A stretch of 64,000 nt of DNA from an uncultured delta proteobacterium (GCA_963753975.1 CAVWEH010000002.1:192001-256000), one strand, 5' to 3'; positions 30,168-39,580 are shown, counted from the stretch's first letter. The notes: generated by a model not told the origin, from the letters alone. Made by a program: numbers and translations.

Positions 30168-30242
30168 CTTTAATGCCTCAATAACCGACGCACTTTAGCG
30201 TGTTCGGCACCGTAAGGCACGCAGTTGATTGACTTGTTAGGC
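30168..30242 (-). other. attC site of cassette 3 (degenerate right core)
   Basis: Minus strand GCCTAAC-AAGTC-AATCAAC...GGTTATT-GAGGC-ATTAAAG; overlaps the stop codon. Confidence 0.7.
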
Positions 30243-30764
30243 AAATTTATTTTTGTTTATACACTGCCCAATATATTTCCATCGTTCAGGAGCTTGCATT
30301 TTTTTACTACGAACAGTTCTTCCTGAAGATAGCTTAACCTCAATGAAAAAATAAGGTGTAAACATTGCATTAAGAGGGTGTTCGTGCAGTTTACAACTTA
30401 ATTTTACCGGTTGATATAATTCTAGCTTGATTGATTCACTTTCCATGAGGCGATAAACAACCCCGCCATACCAAACATTTGGATAAAGGCTGGGTCTAAG
30501 TAATGGGTTGTGAATATGTTTCATTAATATATAGCGCAGTGAATATGTTCCTCTTGCGCTACATTGAAGGATATATTGGGTTTCTGTGCTTCTATTTGTA
30601 ATTCTCGCGCCAATTTCGTCTGGACCAGCATCGGCAAGAAATATTTTAAAAGAAGGTTCGATATGTATCGGGCGAAGCCATTGATACAGTTTTCGCACAG
30701 CAAATAACGCTGCAATTAAAGCAGTTATAACGCCAGCTAATTTAAGTATGGCTTCTATTCCCAT
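30237..30764 (-). CDS. Gene cassette 3: hypothetical protein with N-terminal TM
   Basis: ATG 30764 lies just inside the GTTAGGC core; the upstream extension in the ORF track runs through the attC. Confidence 0.7.
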   Translation of the reverse strand: MGIEAILKLAGVITALIAALFAVRKLYQWLRPIHIEPSFKIFLADAGPDEIGARITNRSTETQYILQCSARGTYSLRYILMKHIHNPLLRPSLYPNVWYGGVVYRLMESESIKLELYQPVKLSCKLHEHPLNAMFTPYFFIEVKLSSGRTVRSKKMQAPERWKYIGQCINKNKFA

Positions 30765-30781
30765 TAATTTTTTATTCCTAT

Positions 30782-30839
30782 GCCTAACGAAATAATCACT
30801 AGCGCGAAGTACTGAGTCCGCACGAGTGACTTGTTGTGG
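30782..30839 (-). other. attC site of cassette 2
   Basis: Minus strand CCACAAC-AAGTC-ACTC...GTGATTATTTC-GTTAGGC; 58 bp. Confidence 0.8.
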
Positions 30840-30840
30840 A

Positions 30841-31254
30841 TTATTTGAATAATAAGTGCCATGCATCCCTGAATTTACTGTTTTTCAATTTGCCATAGCC
30901 TATGCAAGTCACCTCTGGTCTTCCTGTCCATTTTGTTAAAAGGCTATCTACAAGTAATGATGGTACGACAAATACATCGGGTGGCACTTCGACTTGATCG
31001 AATTTATTCAAATATGATACCAAGACAAAAAAATGATCTTTCTTTCTCAGCTTTGGGTTCAATGGCCAATTTGTTGTATTCTTTAATCCCTTAACGTCAA
31101 TAGTACAAGTTCTGCCATCTGGATGAGCAACAATGAGATCGATTTCTTTTGTATGTCCAAGGGTAATTGTTACAATATATCCAAGGCGAAAGAGTTGAGA
31201 GGCAATGTAGAATTCCGCAGCGAGATTAGTATTCTGAGTATTTTGTTTTATCAT
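30841..31254 (-). CDS. Gene cassette 2: small PD-(D/E)xK nuclease-like protein
   Basis: AAE.Y.ASQL.RLGY helix followed by EIDLIV...IDVKG catalytic pattern. Confidence 0.7.
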   Translation of the reverse strand: MIKQNTQNTNLAAEFYIASQLFRLGYIVTITLGHTKEIDLIVAHPDGRTCTIDVKGLKNTTNWPLNPKLRKKDHFFVLVSYLNKFDQVEVPPDVFVVPSLLVDSLLTKWTGRPEVTCIGYGKLKNSKFRDAWHLLFK

Positions 31255-31271
31255 CGTTTATCCCTTTCTAT

Positions 31272-31331
31272 CCACAACGTTGCTAATCAGCCGCGCGGCT
31301 TTTTGCGATCCGTTGAAAGAGATTGTTAGCA
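31272..31331 (-). other. attC site of cassette 1
   Basis: Minus strand TGCTAAC-AATCT-CTTTCAAC...GCTGATT-AGCAAC-GTTGTGG; 60 bp; overlaps the stop codon. Confidence 0.8.
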
Positions 31332-31874
31332 CCTCCCCTTCTTCTTAGATGTCAATCTCAACAGAAAATTATTGAAACGATCTAAGACAGGATCTAAAAA
31401 ATTTTCATTTTCTTTAAGATCACCACGTTTTGATTCCGCTTTTACCGTTTCCCATTCCTCTTTCAAAAGTTGCTGTGTAGTTTGGATAAGCTCATTTAAA
31501 GAATCTTTAAGTTCATATCTTTTTGAGGTATCAGTCAATTCAGGAATCGTTTTAATTAAATCTTCTATTTTACGTTCTAATTTACTTTCCGGGTCAGGAT
31601 TTAGTTGAAGCCTTATCAAATGCCTTAGTTTATCAATTTGCTTTAACACCTCTCTTTCTTCCGGTTTATTTCGGAGATTTGAATAACACCAATTGTATGT
31701 TAATCCGCAAAATGTCGATATGTTTTGTCTCAGGGTTTTAATCCATTTTACACGTTCGCTAGTGACAGTATTTATAAAGGTAGTTCGTCGGCTTTGCCTA
31801 TAGTTCATTACAATGTTCCATAGGCCAATAATGAAGGTGAGAATTATACCTATTGCGTAAAAAAGGTCTTTCAT
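31326..31874 (-). CDS. Gene cassette 1: hypothetical helical protein with N-terminal TM
   Basis: TM followed by TVTSER.KW...LR, L.LNP and LK.EWE.VK; GTTAGGG core 17-23 nt upstream of the start. Confidence 0.75.
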   Translation of the reverse strand: MKDLFYAIGIILTFIIGLWNIVMNYRQSRRTTFINTVTSERVKWIKTLRQNISTFCGLTYNWCYSNLRNKPEEREVLKQIDKLRHLIRLQLNPDPESKLERKIEDLIKTIPELTDTSKRYELKDSLNELIQTTQQLLKEEWETVKAESKRGDLKENENFLDPVLDRFNNFLLRLTSKKKGRC

Positions 31875-32017
31875 AGTGGCATCCTCTGAACCCTAACATT
31901 TAATATATCAACTTGGTATTTTAAGGAATTTGATGAAAATATACTTTATTTCCCAATAAATTAAAATATAAATTTGTATTTTAAAATCAATATAAAATCA
32001 AAATTAATTACTTTCAT

Positions 32018-32060
32018 ATACCCTTTCGATTTCAAAGGATAACGAGGCTTCAAGGAGGAG
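32018..32060. repeat. Inverted partial copy of the family-A MITE arm
   Basis: 32018-32048 is a perfect 31-bp reverse complement of 30101-30131, extending to 41/43. Confidence 0.9.
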
Positions 32061-32092
32061 AAGAGGAAGCATGTTGAAAACTTTTGTTTTGG

Positions 32093-32219
32093 AAGCTGCT
32101 CAAAAAGGCTTAGAGGCAAGGCGCGCGAGAAGCGAGCAGCGGAGCGTACTTTAAGCGTACGTGAGCATGTGAGATTCGAAGCGCAACGCAGAATATGAGC
32201 CTGTTTCAGCAGTCTGCTA
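32093..32219. repeat. MITE-like palindromic element (GCAAGGCG..GCGTAC..GTACGT..GCAACGCAG type)
   Basis: Imperfect inverted ends GCTGCTCAAAAAGGCT / AGCCTGTTTCAGCAGT; overlaps the stop codon of the adjacent ATPase gene. Confidence 0.7.
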
Positions 32220-33017
32220 AAGCCAGCGTTTACGACGCCTATACGCCTTCACATCCTTATAGGACTTAGCAATGCCGGAAGCCGACATGCCCAAATAAAA
32301 TTCTTTAACATCAGGATTCTTAGCCAGATCGGAAGCGATGCCTTCCATCACTATTTTGCCGTTCTCCATAACGTATCCGTAATGAGCTACTTGCAGGGCC
32401 ATATTGGCGTTTTGCTCCACCAGGACTATAGTTGTTCCATGCTCTTCATTGATCATCTTTATTATGCGGAATATCTCCTGAACAACCAGTGGCGCAAGCC
32501 CCAATGAAGGCTCGTCCAGCATCAAGAGCTGCGGGTGCGCCATTAAAGCTCGGCCGATTACCAGCATCTGCAACTCACCTCCACTGCAATATCCGGCAAG
32601 AGATTTTTTTCTCGGTATTAGTGCGGGAAAATATTTATAGACAAGTTCCAAATCTTCCTTATAAGGCTGGCCTGAGCGCGTGGCAGTGCCGACACGTAAA
32701 TTCTCTTCGATGGTCAGATATTTAAAAGGCTGACGCCCCTCTAAGACCTGAATTATACCCTGTCGCGTGATGTATTCGGGCGCCTGATTGTGGATGTTTA
32801 TACCGTTGTAGATAATCGACCCATCCGTAACCTTGCCGTTTTCGGGCTTAAGCAAACCCGAGATAGCTTTGAGCGTAGTTGTTTTCCCCGCACCGTTACT
32901 GCCCAATAATGAAACGATATGCCCCTTTTCAACAGATAAAGAAACACCTTTTAATACCTGGATAACATCCGAATATACAACGGAAATATTATTTAATTGT
33001 AAAATGATCTCGCCCAT
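32217..33017 (-). CDS. LIV-type ABC transporter ATP-binding protein (LivF-like)
   Basis: GSNGAGKTT, SGGELQM, LDEPSLGLAP, VEQNA. Confidence 0.93.
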   Translation of the reverse strand: MGEIILQLNNISVVYSDVIQVLKGVSLSVEKGHIVSLLGSNGAGKTTTLKAISGLLKPENGKVTDGSIIYNGINIHNQAPEYITRQGIIQVLEGRQPFKYLTIEENLRVGTATRSGQPYKEDLELVYKYFPALIPRKKSLAGYCSGGELQMLVIGRALMAHPQLLMLDEPSLGLAPLVVQEIFRIIKMINEEHGTTIVLVEQNANMALQVAHYGYVMENGKIVMEGIASDLAKNPDVKEFYLGMSASGIAKSYKDVKAYRRRKRWL

Positions 33018-33103
33018 TCAATACCCTAACCCCGCTGCGTGGGATAAGAAAATCTAGGAAATTAATTTCTATAAGAAAATAGCAGATATTAATTTCTGAT
33101 TTT

Positions 33104-34174
33104 CTAATATGAAAAAGGCCACAGCCTAAAGCTGGAACGAAGAATACGCCATAATTCGGCCAGCCCTCGCGGCTCCAGCAATATAAATAAAACAATAGCC
33201 AGTCCAAAAGTAAATTCCCGCAGCGGCGCCATATTCAAACCCAGGCCCGTGACGAAACTGATATTCATCAAAAGCCCGGTGAGAAATCGCAAAAGTTCAT
33301 TGAGCAAAGTAATAAAAGTAGCGCCAAAAATAGCTCCGGGAATATTTCCCAATCCGCCGATTATGACCATGGCGATAAATTCTATGGAAAGCCCCAAATT
33401 AAATGGTTCCGTAGTTATGCTGATCATATAATAAGCCCAAAGCGCTCCGGCAAAACCGGCATAAAAAGAGCTGATCGCAAAAGACAACAATTTATATTTA
33501 AAAATGGGAATACCCATACCTTCTGCCGCACGGTCATTATCGCGAATCGCGATGAAAGCCCGCCCGAATTTAGAGCGCATGATGTTTACAGCAAACCACG
33601 TCATGAGAACTAAGCTCACAAAAATCAAAAAGAAAAATGCTTTATCTCCGGTAATTGACCAATGAATAATTTCCGGCGCGGGCAAGGTAATGCCCATTGT
33701 TCCTTTGGTCAAGCTATCCCAATGAATCAAAACATATTCAATGATAAACTGTCCGGCCAGGGTAGCAATGGTCAAATAAAGCCCCTTTAAACGTCCCGAA
33801 GGAATGCCGAATATCATACCGACAAGAGCAGTGATAATACCTGCCGCCGGTATGGATAAATAAAACCCCCAGCCTAATCTAGTGGCCAAAATAGCTGCGG
33901 CATAAGCTCCCACTCCGAAAAAAGCTCCGTGACCCAAAGATATTTGCCCGGTATAACCGATAAGGATGTTGAGTCCTATAGCCGCGATAGCCGCAATCCC
34001 GATCATATTTAAAATATACAGCATGTAAGTGCTGACAACAAAAGGCGCGACGGCAAAAAATAAAATCAAAAATAATCCCAGGCAAATCCTGCCGAAATAT
34101 GTTTCAAATATTTTTAATTCTTCAGCATAATTTTCACGAAAATTACCGCAAGGATGAAATGAAAAATTCCTCAT
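33104..34174 (-). CDS. LIV-type ABC transporter permease (LivM-like)
   Basis: GLNILIGYTGQISLGHGAFFG, GRAFIAIRDN. Confidence 0.93.
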   Translation of the reverse strand: MRNFSFHPCGNFRENYAEELKIFETYFGRICLGLFLILFFAVAPFVVSTYMLYILNMIGIAAIAAIGLNILIGYTGQISLGHGAFFGVGAYAAAILATRLGWGFYLSIPAAGIITALVGMIFGIPSGRLKGLYLTIATLAGQFIIEYVLIHWDSLTKGTMGITLPAPEIIHWSITGDKAFFFLIFVSLVLMTWFAVNIMRSKFGRAFIAIRDNDRAAEGMGIPIFKYKLLSFAISSFYAGFAGALWAYYMISITTEPFNLGLSIEFIAMVIIGGLGNIPGAIFGATFITLLNELLRFLTGLLMNISFVTGLGLNMAPLREFTFGLAIVLFILLEPRGLAELWRILRSSFRLWPFSY

Positions 34175-35053
34175 TTATACCCTCTCAATTTCCACCAGAC
34201 CAAACAAGCCATAAGGCTTGACCAGTAGAATAAAAACAAGCACAATGTAAGGCACAACATCAATCAGTGAAGGCGACAGGTAGCCGCCGGTAAATGTTTC
34301 TAAAAGGCCGATTATAATACCGCCAACTATCGCGCCGCCAATGCTGTCGAGCCCGCCTAAAATTACCACGGGAAATACTTTTAAGCCGATTGAGCTCAAA
34401 TCGTGCACATTAACACCGTTGATGATTCCGAGAACTATGCCGCTCATGCTCGCCACGAGCGCGGCGATGGCCCAGGATAGTGCAAAGACCCGCCTCACGT
34501 GAACTCCCAGAGAAAGAGCAGCTTTTTGATTATCGGCTACTGAACGCATATAAATTCCCTGAGCCGATTTTTTGAAAAAAAGCCCGAATAAAACCAGAAA
34601 AACTATGCTGATAATCAGCGTCGCCGTATAAACCGGAGCAATGTATATGCCTCCGAACCTCAGGGCCATCGATTCATTTAAAAATTCGGGATAGGTATGC
34701 AAGTTCCCCCCCCAAACGAGCAGAATAAATCCTTTAAACATCTCCGCCAAACCCACCGTCAGCATAATGACAAAAATCAGTTTTTCTCCGATTAACGGAC
34801 GCAGAAATAATTTCTCGATTATAAAGCCCAGAATAAAGGATCCGACAAGCGTCAAAACAAAAGCAATTAAAACGGGCAATTTAGCCCAGCTAATCAATGC
34901 TAAAAAAAAGAAAGCTCCCAGGGCTAAAAGTTCGCCATGAGCAAAATTCAAAACGCTGGAGGACTTAAAAATCATCACAAAGCCCATCGCCGATATACCA
35001 TAGAGAAGCCCGACGCAAACCCCGTTCACCAGTAATTGCAGAAAAAAATCCAT
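34175..35053 (-). CDS. LIV-type ABC transporter permease (LivH-like)
   Basis: LNFAHGE, VILGGLDSI.GAIVGG, KPYGLFG. Confidence 0.93.
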   Translation of the reverse strand: MDFFLQLLVNGVCVGLLYGISAMGFVMIFKSSSVLNFAHGELLALGAFFFLALISWAKLPVLIAFVLTLVGSFILGFIIEKLFLRPLIGEKLIFVIMLTVGLAEMFKGFILLVWGGNLHTYPEFLNESMALRFGGIYIAPVYTATLIISIVFLVLFGLFFKKSAQGIYMRSVADNQKAALSLGVHVRRVFALSWAIAALVASMSGIVLGIINGVNVHDLSSIGLKVFPVVILGGLDSIGGAIVGGIIIGLLETFTGGYLSPSLIDVVPYIVLVFILLVKPYGLFGLVEIERV

Positions 35054-35064
35054 GAATAAATTCC

Positions 35065-36993
35065 TCAGCTAACCTTGATAATATTTACTGTTGTTTCAAT
35101 CTCGCCTATCCGCCCGTCACGGTAGCGAATTTTTCCGGTTACTTTAGCTTTTTCTTCATCGCGATACATTGATTCGATGATTTTAATATATAAACCGTAA
35201 ACAAAACGGCGCCGAACCTTGCCGGTACGGGTTAATTCCTCTTCGTCGGCATCCAGAAGTTTATACAGTAAAATAAATTTTTTGACCTTCATTACATCGG
35301 GTAGTTGTTCGTTGACTCGAGCTACTTCTTTAAATATGAGTTCTTCCACCGACGGCTGCTGCGTAAGATCCATATATGTCGTATAAGGAATCATACGGTC
35401 TTCCGCCCAATTGCCGACATTGCCCATATCGATATTGATCATCGCGGTAATGAACGGACGACCTTCTCCGAAAATGACCGCTTCTTTAATGTAGGGGCTG
35501 AACTTTAAGCGGGTTTCGATAAAATCCGGAGAAAAGGCCTCGCCACTTTTATTGCGGATAATATCTTCTTTGCGGCCGATGATCAACAAACGTCCGTCGC
35601 CGTCTATATAACCGGCATCCCCGGTCTTGAGCCAGCCATCGTCATAGGCTGACTGCGTGGCCTGAAAATCATTATAATAACCGGAAAAATTAGCTGCGGA
35701 TCGAACCAATACTTCCTGATCATCGGCAATTTTCACTTCCGTCTGGGGCAATGGCCTGCCCACGGTCTCGATCTTTGCCTCATTATCCGGCTGAATTTGA
35801 AATATGCCCCCCGCTTCCGTTAGTCCATAGCATTGTTTTAGATTCAAACCAATGGCGCGGAAAAACAAAATTACATCGGGGCTGATCGGATGACCGCCGG
35901 TAAAGGCACTGCGAAAACGAGAGCATCCTATCCTGTCCAAAAGCGGACGATAAACGATGATAGACATTAATTTGTACAGAAGATTTAGAGGTAGCGCAAC
36001 TCCAGCTTTTTTTGCCCTCCTTGTAACAACGGCTTTGCCGATCGTCTCTCCCCAGTAAAATAAATTCCTCTTTATCCGGCCAGCATCGGATATTTTTACG
36101 CGGATGAGTGAAGCCATATCTTCCCAAAAATGTGATGCGGTAATCAACATGGAAGGACCGATTTCCCGGAAATCTTCAATTACCGTTTCCGGGGTTTCCG
36201 GAAAATTCATTGTCATTGCACCTAAAAGCGCCACACCCATACCCCACATCTGGTCAACTATCCAGGCCGGCGGCGACATGGATAGCCAGTTTTCTTCGGC
36301 TCCAATTCCTGCCGCTTCTATCCATTGAGAGGCCATTTGCGTAAAATTTCGATGGGAAAGCATGGCTAATTTGGGAATACCTGTAGTGCCCGAAGTTTGA
36401 ATCATGACGGCAATATCGTCAGGCCGGCCTTTTTCTATTTCCTCCTCAACAAAACTAAGCTTTTTCAGATTGAAATTTTCGCCGATTTCTAAAAGCCGGG
36501 CATAACTGATTAACCAAGAATCATTTTCGTGAGACGTCATCCCCGTGGGATCAATATATACGACTTTCTTGATTTGCGGCAGCTTCTCTTTAACTTCCAG
36601 CAGTTTATCTACTTGTTCCTGATCCTGAACTACTATGATTGAGGAATTGACGCGTTTAATAGATGTGCATAATTCTTCGGCGATAGATGATGTGAATAAA
36701 TTCAGTGTGGTTGCGCCCAGAGCATGGGCGGCAATTTCACAAAAAAGCCATTCTGGATGATTTTCGACGTTAAGGCAAACAGTTTCCCCGCGCTGAAGAT
36801 TGAGGACAGCAAATCCGCCGGCCGTTTTTTTCATATAACTACTGTAATCAGACCAATTATATCTTTGCCAAATACCGTAAGCTTTTTCCCGAATAGCAAT
36901 TTTTTTTTCGCCGTATTTGACGGTGTTTTCGGCCAGGATTTGCGGTATCGTTAAATTATACCCATACGATTGTTTTTGTGTCACAATGCCCAA
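35065..36993 (-). CDS. AMP-forming acyl-CoA synthetase embedded in the transporter genes
   Basis: TSGTTGIPK, YGLTE, GWLKTGD, GRKED, ELTRTGKVRR. Confidence 0.9.
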   Translation of the reverse strand: MGIVTQKQSYGYNLTIPQILAENTVKYGEKKIAIREKAYGIWQRYNWSDYSSYMKKTAGGFAVLNLQRGETVCLNVENHPEWLFCEIAAHALGATTLNLFTSSIAEELCTSIKRVNSSIIVVQDQEQVDKLLEVKEKLPQIKKVVYIDPTGMTSHENDSWLISYARLLEIGENFNLKKLSFVEEEIEKGRPDDIAVMIQTSGTTGIPKLAMLSHRNFTQMASQWIEAAGIGAEENWLSMSPPAWIVDQMWGMGVALLGAMTMNFPETPETVIEDFREIGPSMLITASHFWEDMASLIRVKISDAGRIKRNLFYWGETIGKAVVTRRAKKAGVALPLNLLYKLMSIIVYRPLLDRIGCSRFRSAFTGGHPISPDVILFFRAIGLNLKQCYGLTEAGGIFQIQPDNEAKIETVGRPLPQTEVKIADDQEVLVRSAANFSGYYNDFQATQSAYDDGWLKTGDAGYIDGDGRLLIIGRKEDIIRNKSGEAFSPDFIETRLKFSPYIKEAVIFGEGRPFITAMINIDMGNVGNWAEDRMIPYTTYMDLTQQPSVEELIFKEVARVNEQLPDVMKVKKFILLYKLLDADEEELTRTGKVRRRFVYGLYIKIIESMYRDEEKAKVTGKIRYRDGRIGEIETTVNIIKVS

Positions 36994-37017
36994 ATTATCT
37001 ACGCCTTTTTCCTATCT

Positions 37018-37845
37018 TTATAATGTACCGGAATCGCCCAGATATGCCCTGATAACTTCGCGATGACCACTGATTTCGTAAGCCGAGCCCTCCACTATTT
37101 TTTCGCCAAAATTTAGTACCATAATACGCTCAGAAATATTCATGACAATTGACATATCATGCTCCACTAAAATCATTGTCAAACCCCATCTCTGATTTAA
37201 TTCCAAAAGAAAGCGAACCATGTCCTCTTTTTCTTCCAGATTCATTCCGGCGAAAGGTTCATCCAATATAAGAAGCCTGGGCTCCAGGGCGAGCGCCCTT
37301 CCCAACTCAACCCTTTTCATCATCCCGTAAGGCAAAGCACCTACTGTTTTTTTCCGAATTGACTGCATCTCCAGAAAATCAATTATTTCTTCCAATACTT
37401 TCCGGTGGCGAATTTCTTCATTTTTTACTGCTGGAGAAAAAAAACAAGAAGAAATAAAGCCGTAATGGCAGTGAATGTGGCGGGCCAGCGTCATATTAGC
37501 CAGCACCGTCATCCCCGGAAAAAGCTCGATATTCTGAAATGTTCTGCCGATACCCACCCCAACAAGTTCGTGCGTGCGTAAATCGGTAATATCCGTGCCG
37601 TTAAATGTTATTCGGCCTTTTTGGGGGCGGTAAAATCCAGTGATGCAGTTGAGCAGACTGGTTTTACCCGCCCCATTCGGGCCGATGATGGCCATCAACT
37701 CGCCGGTGTGAACGTTGAGATCAACATCTTTTACAGCAGTAACGCCCCCAAAACTAAGATGCAAACTTTTAATTTCCAGCTCAGCTTTTTTATTTTCTTC
37801 TCGCCTGCTCGTCATTATCGATGGCCGGCCACGGAAAGCTTTCAT
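37018..37845 (-). CDS. LIV-type ABC transporter ATP-binding protein (LivG-like)
   Basis: GPNGAGKT, RTFQN, LDEP.AGMN, VEHDM. Confidence 0.93.
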   Translation of the reverse strand: MKAFRGRPSIMTSRREENKKAELEIKSLHLSFGGVTAVKDVDLNVHTGELMAIIGPNGAGKTSLLNCITGFYRPQKGRITFNGTDITDLRTHELVGVGIGRTFQNIELFPGMTVLANMTLARHIHCHYGFISSCFFSPAVKNEEIRHRKVLEEIIDFLEMQSIRKKTVGALPYGMMKRVELGRALALEPRLLILDEPFAGMNLEEKEDMVRFLLELNQRWGLTMILVEHDMSIVMNISERIMVLNFGEKIVEGSAYEISGHREVIRAYLGDSGTL

Positions 37846-37958
37846 TATAATCCTTCAATTACTTCGCAAAAAAATCACCTGCGGCGTTTACCTTGCTTAC
37901 GACAAGGTTTTTCTGCATCCATATTGTTTCTTCACAATTAAAAAATATTTGCGGTTAA

Positions 37959-39164
37959 CTATCTCTTGAGCAATTTAATTTTGTCTTTGCCCGGAACATA
38001 AAAATTAGTCAGCGGTATATATGTTCCATCTTCTTTTACTTGGACCATGCGGGCAGTAAATGACGCCCCATGATCATCTTTAGTGTATGTTATATTGGGA
38101 ACCAAACCACCAAAGTTTTCATTCCTAAATGATTCCATGGCGGCATTGATGGTTTCCGGATTTATTTCCTTGCTCTTTTCATAAGCACGGATAAACGCTC
38201 TTTCCATAATCATTCCGATAACAACTCCCTCCCAATAGGAAGCGTCGAATTTATCCACTGTTTTATAACGCTTCCACAATTCCTTTAAAATTCTAATCCC
38301 TGCGGATTTATCCGTTGGCAGTGCTCCGGGAAATTGAATGACAAGCCTATCTCGAATCAACCCGTTGCCCATTTTAAAGAAATCCGGGTCGGTAGATGTC
38401 CATGTTCCTAAAAACAAAGGGCTGTAATTAATGCGGTCGGCGCTTTTGAAGGCGGTTATTATCGCTGAAGGCAGCATTTGCATAAAGATATATTCCGCGC
38501 CTTTTTTCTGCAGGCGGAGCAGTTCGGTGTTCAAATCAACTGTTTTCGGCGGAAATTCCTCGATGGCAACGATATTAATATTTAATTTAGCAGCGTATTC
38601 TTTGCTGGGCTCGTGAATTGAGCGGCCGTAAGCGTTATTGTAAGTGAGAAGGCCGACTTTAGGAGCATCTTTGCCTTTGTGGATTGCTTTAATATATTCC
38701 AACACCGCTTGACAATCCATTTTATAACTGCCGAAAGGCAGATAAATATAATCTACCGGTTTTTCGAGTATTTCCCAACTGGTGGAATAATTGATTGTCG
38801 GTACTTTGTACTTTTGAATTATCGGTTTTGCCGCTAATCCTTCACCGGCACCCCAGGTAGCGATCATATCTACTTTATCCTGCAAAACGAATTTTTGCAC
38901 AGCTGCCTGAGCTTCCGGCACCTTATAAGCCGTATCCACAGTGATCATTTCTATCTTGTCGCCGAATACTCCTCCCTTGACTTCATTTACATAGCGAAAA
39001 TAATCGCGCTGGCCTTTTTCATGGAACTGGCCCCAGGTCGAAGCAGGCCCCGTTAAGTTGATAGCCGCTCCTACTTTGATCGTTTTGGCTTCAGCACCTA
39101 CAAGAACAGCAAACAAAAAAACAGAAATCGTCAATGTGATTAAAATGCCAATCCTCTTTTTCAT
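37959..39164 (-). CDS. LIV-type ABC transporter substrate-binding protein
   Basis: Signal peptide from ATG 39164 (AGGGAGGG RBS), IKVG...LTGP, VN..GGV.G. Confidence 0.9.
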   Translation of the reverse strand: MKKRIGILITLTISVFLFAVLVGAEAKTIKVGAAINLTGPASTWGQFHEKGQRDYFRYVNEVKGGVFGDKIEMITVDTAYKVPEAQAAVQKFVLQDKVDMIATWGAGEGLAAKPIIQKYKVPTINYSTSWEILEKPVDYIYLPFGSYKMDCQAVLEYIKAIHKGKDAPKVGLLTYNNAYGRSIHEPSKEYAAKLNINIVAIEEFPPKTVDLNTELLRLQKKGAEYIFMQMLPSAIITAFKSADRINYSPLFLGTWTSTDPDFFKMGNGLIRDRLVIQFPGALPTDKSAGIRILKELWKRYKTVDKFDASYWEGVVIGMIMERAFIRAYEKSKEINPETINAAMESFRNENFGGLVPNITYTKDDHGASFTARMVQVKEDGTYIPLTNFYVPGKDKIKLLKR

Positions 39165-39215
39165 TTTCCCCTCCCTTGAATATTTTAAATATTTATTTTC
39201 CTGAGCTTCAGGGAC

Positions 39216-39254
39216 AAAAAAAAACCGTGGGCCGACGTTTATCTGCCCACGGTT
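39216..39254 (-). terminator. Intrinsic terminator of the operon leader (attenuator 3:4 hairpin)
   Basis: Minus strand AACCGTGGGC-loop-GCCCACGGTT followed by a T run, about 50 nt upstream of the first gene. Confidence 0.85.
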
Positions 39255-39274
39255 CATTTTCCTTATATAACCCG

Positions 39275-39367
39275 TCATGATACTGCCAGGCAGACCCTCA
39301 TGTTGGTAAAACTAAAGAAATATATAAAAGCTGCCTTATTAAAACTCGATTTTTCAATCATGCGCAT
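39275..39367 (-). CDS. Phe-rich attenuator leader peptide (30 aa)
   Basis: MRMIEKSSFNKAAFIYFFSFTNMRVCLAVS; AAGGA RBS; directly precedes the terminator. Confidence 0.7.
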   Translation of the reverse strand: MRMIEKSSFNKAAFIYFFSFTNMRVCLAVS

Positions 39368-39580
39368 TCTTTCCTTTTGTATGGGGCATATAGAGCAAAT
39401 ATCCGGAAAAAGTCAAGAAAAAAGTAAATAATCATTTTCGACGGTCTTTAAAATATTATCGACTCATAATAACCAGCAACGTTATAGTTAATCAAAAACC
39501 CCTGCTATTGATCTCATGTTTTCTTGACCGAACTAATAAGTTTTGATGTTAATATTACAATATCACGTAGTTTAATTATC

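Noticed and set aside
30765..30866. N-terminal extension of the cassette 3 ORF
   Set aside because: It overlaps the attC site and the neighbouring gene's 3' end
29900..32220. Complete integron
   Set aside because: No tyrosine recombinase ORF near the array or anywhere in the window
39165..39278. 38-aa N-terminal extension of the substrate-binding protein
   Set aside because: It runs through the terminator hairpin; the RBS and signal peptide fit ATG 39164
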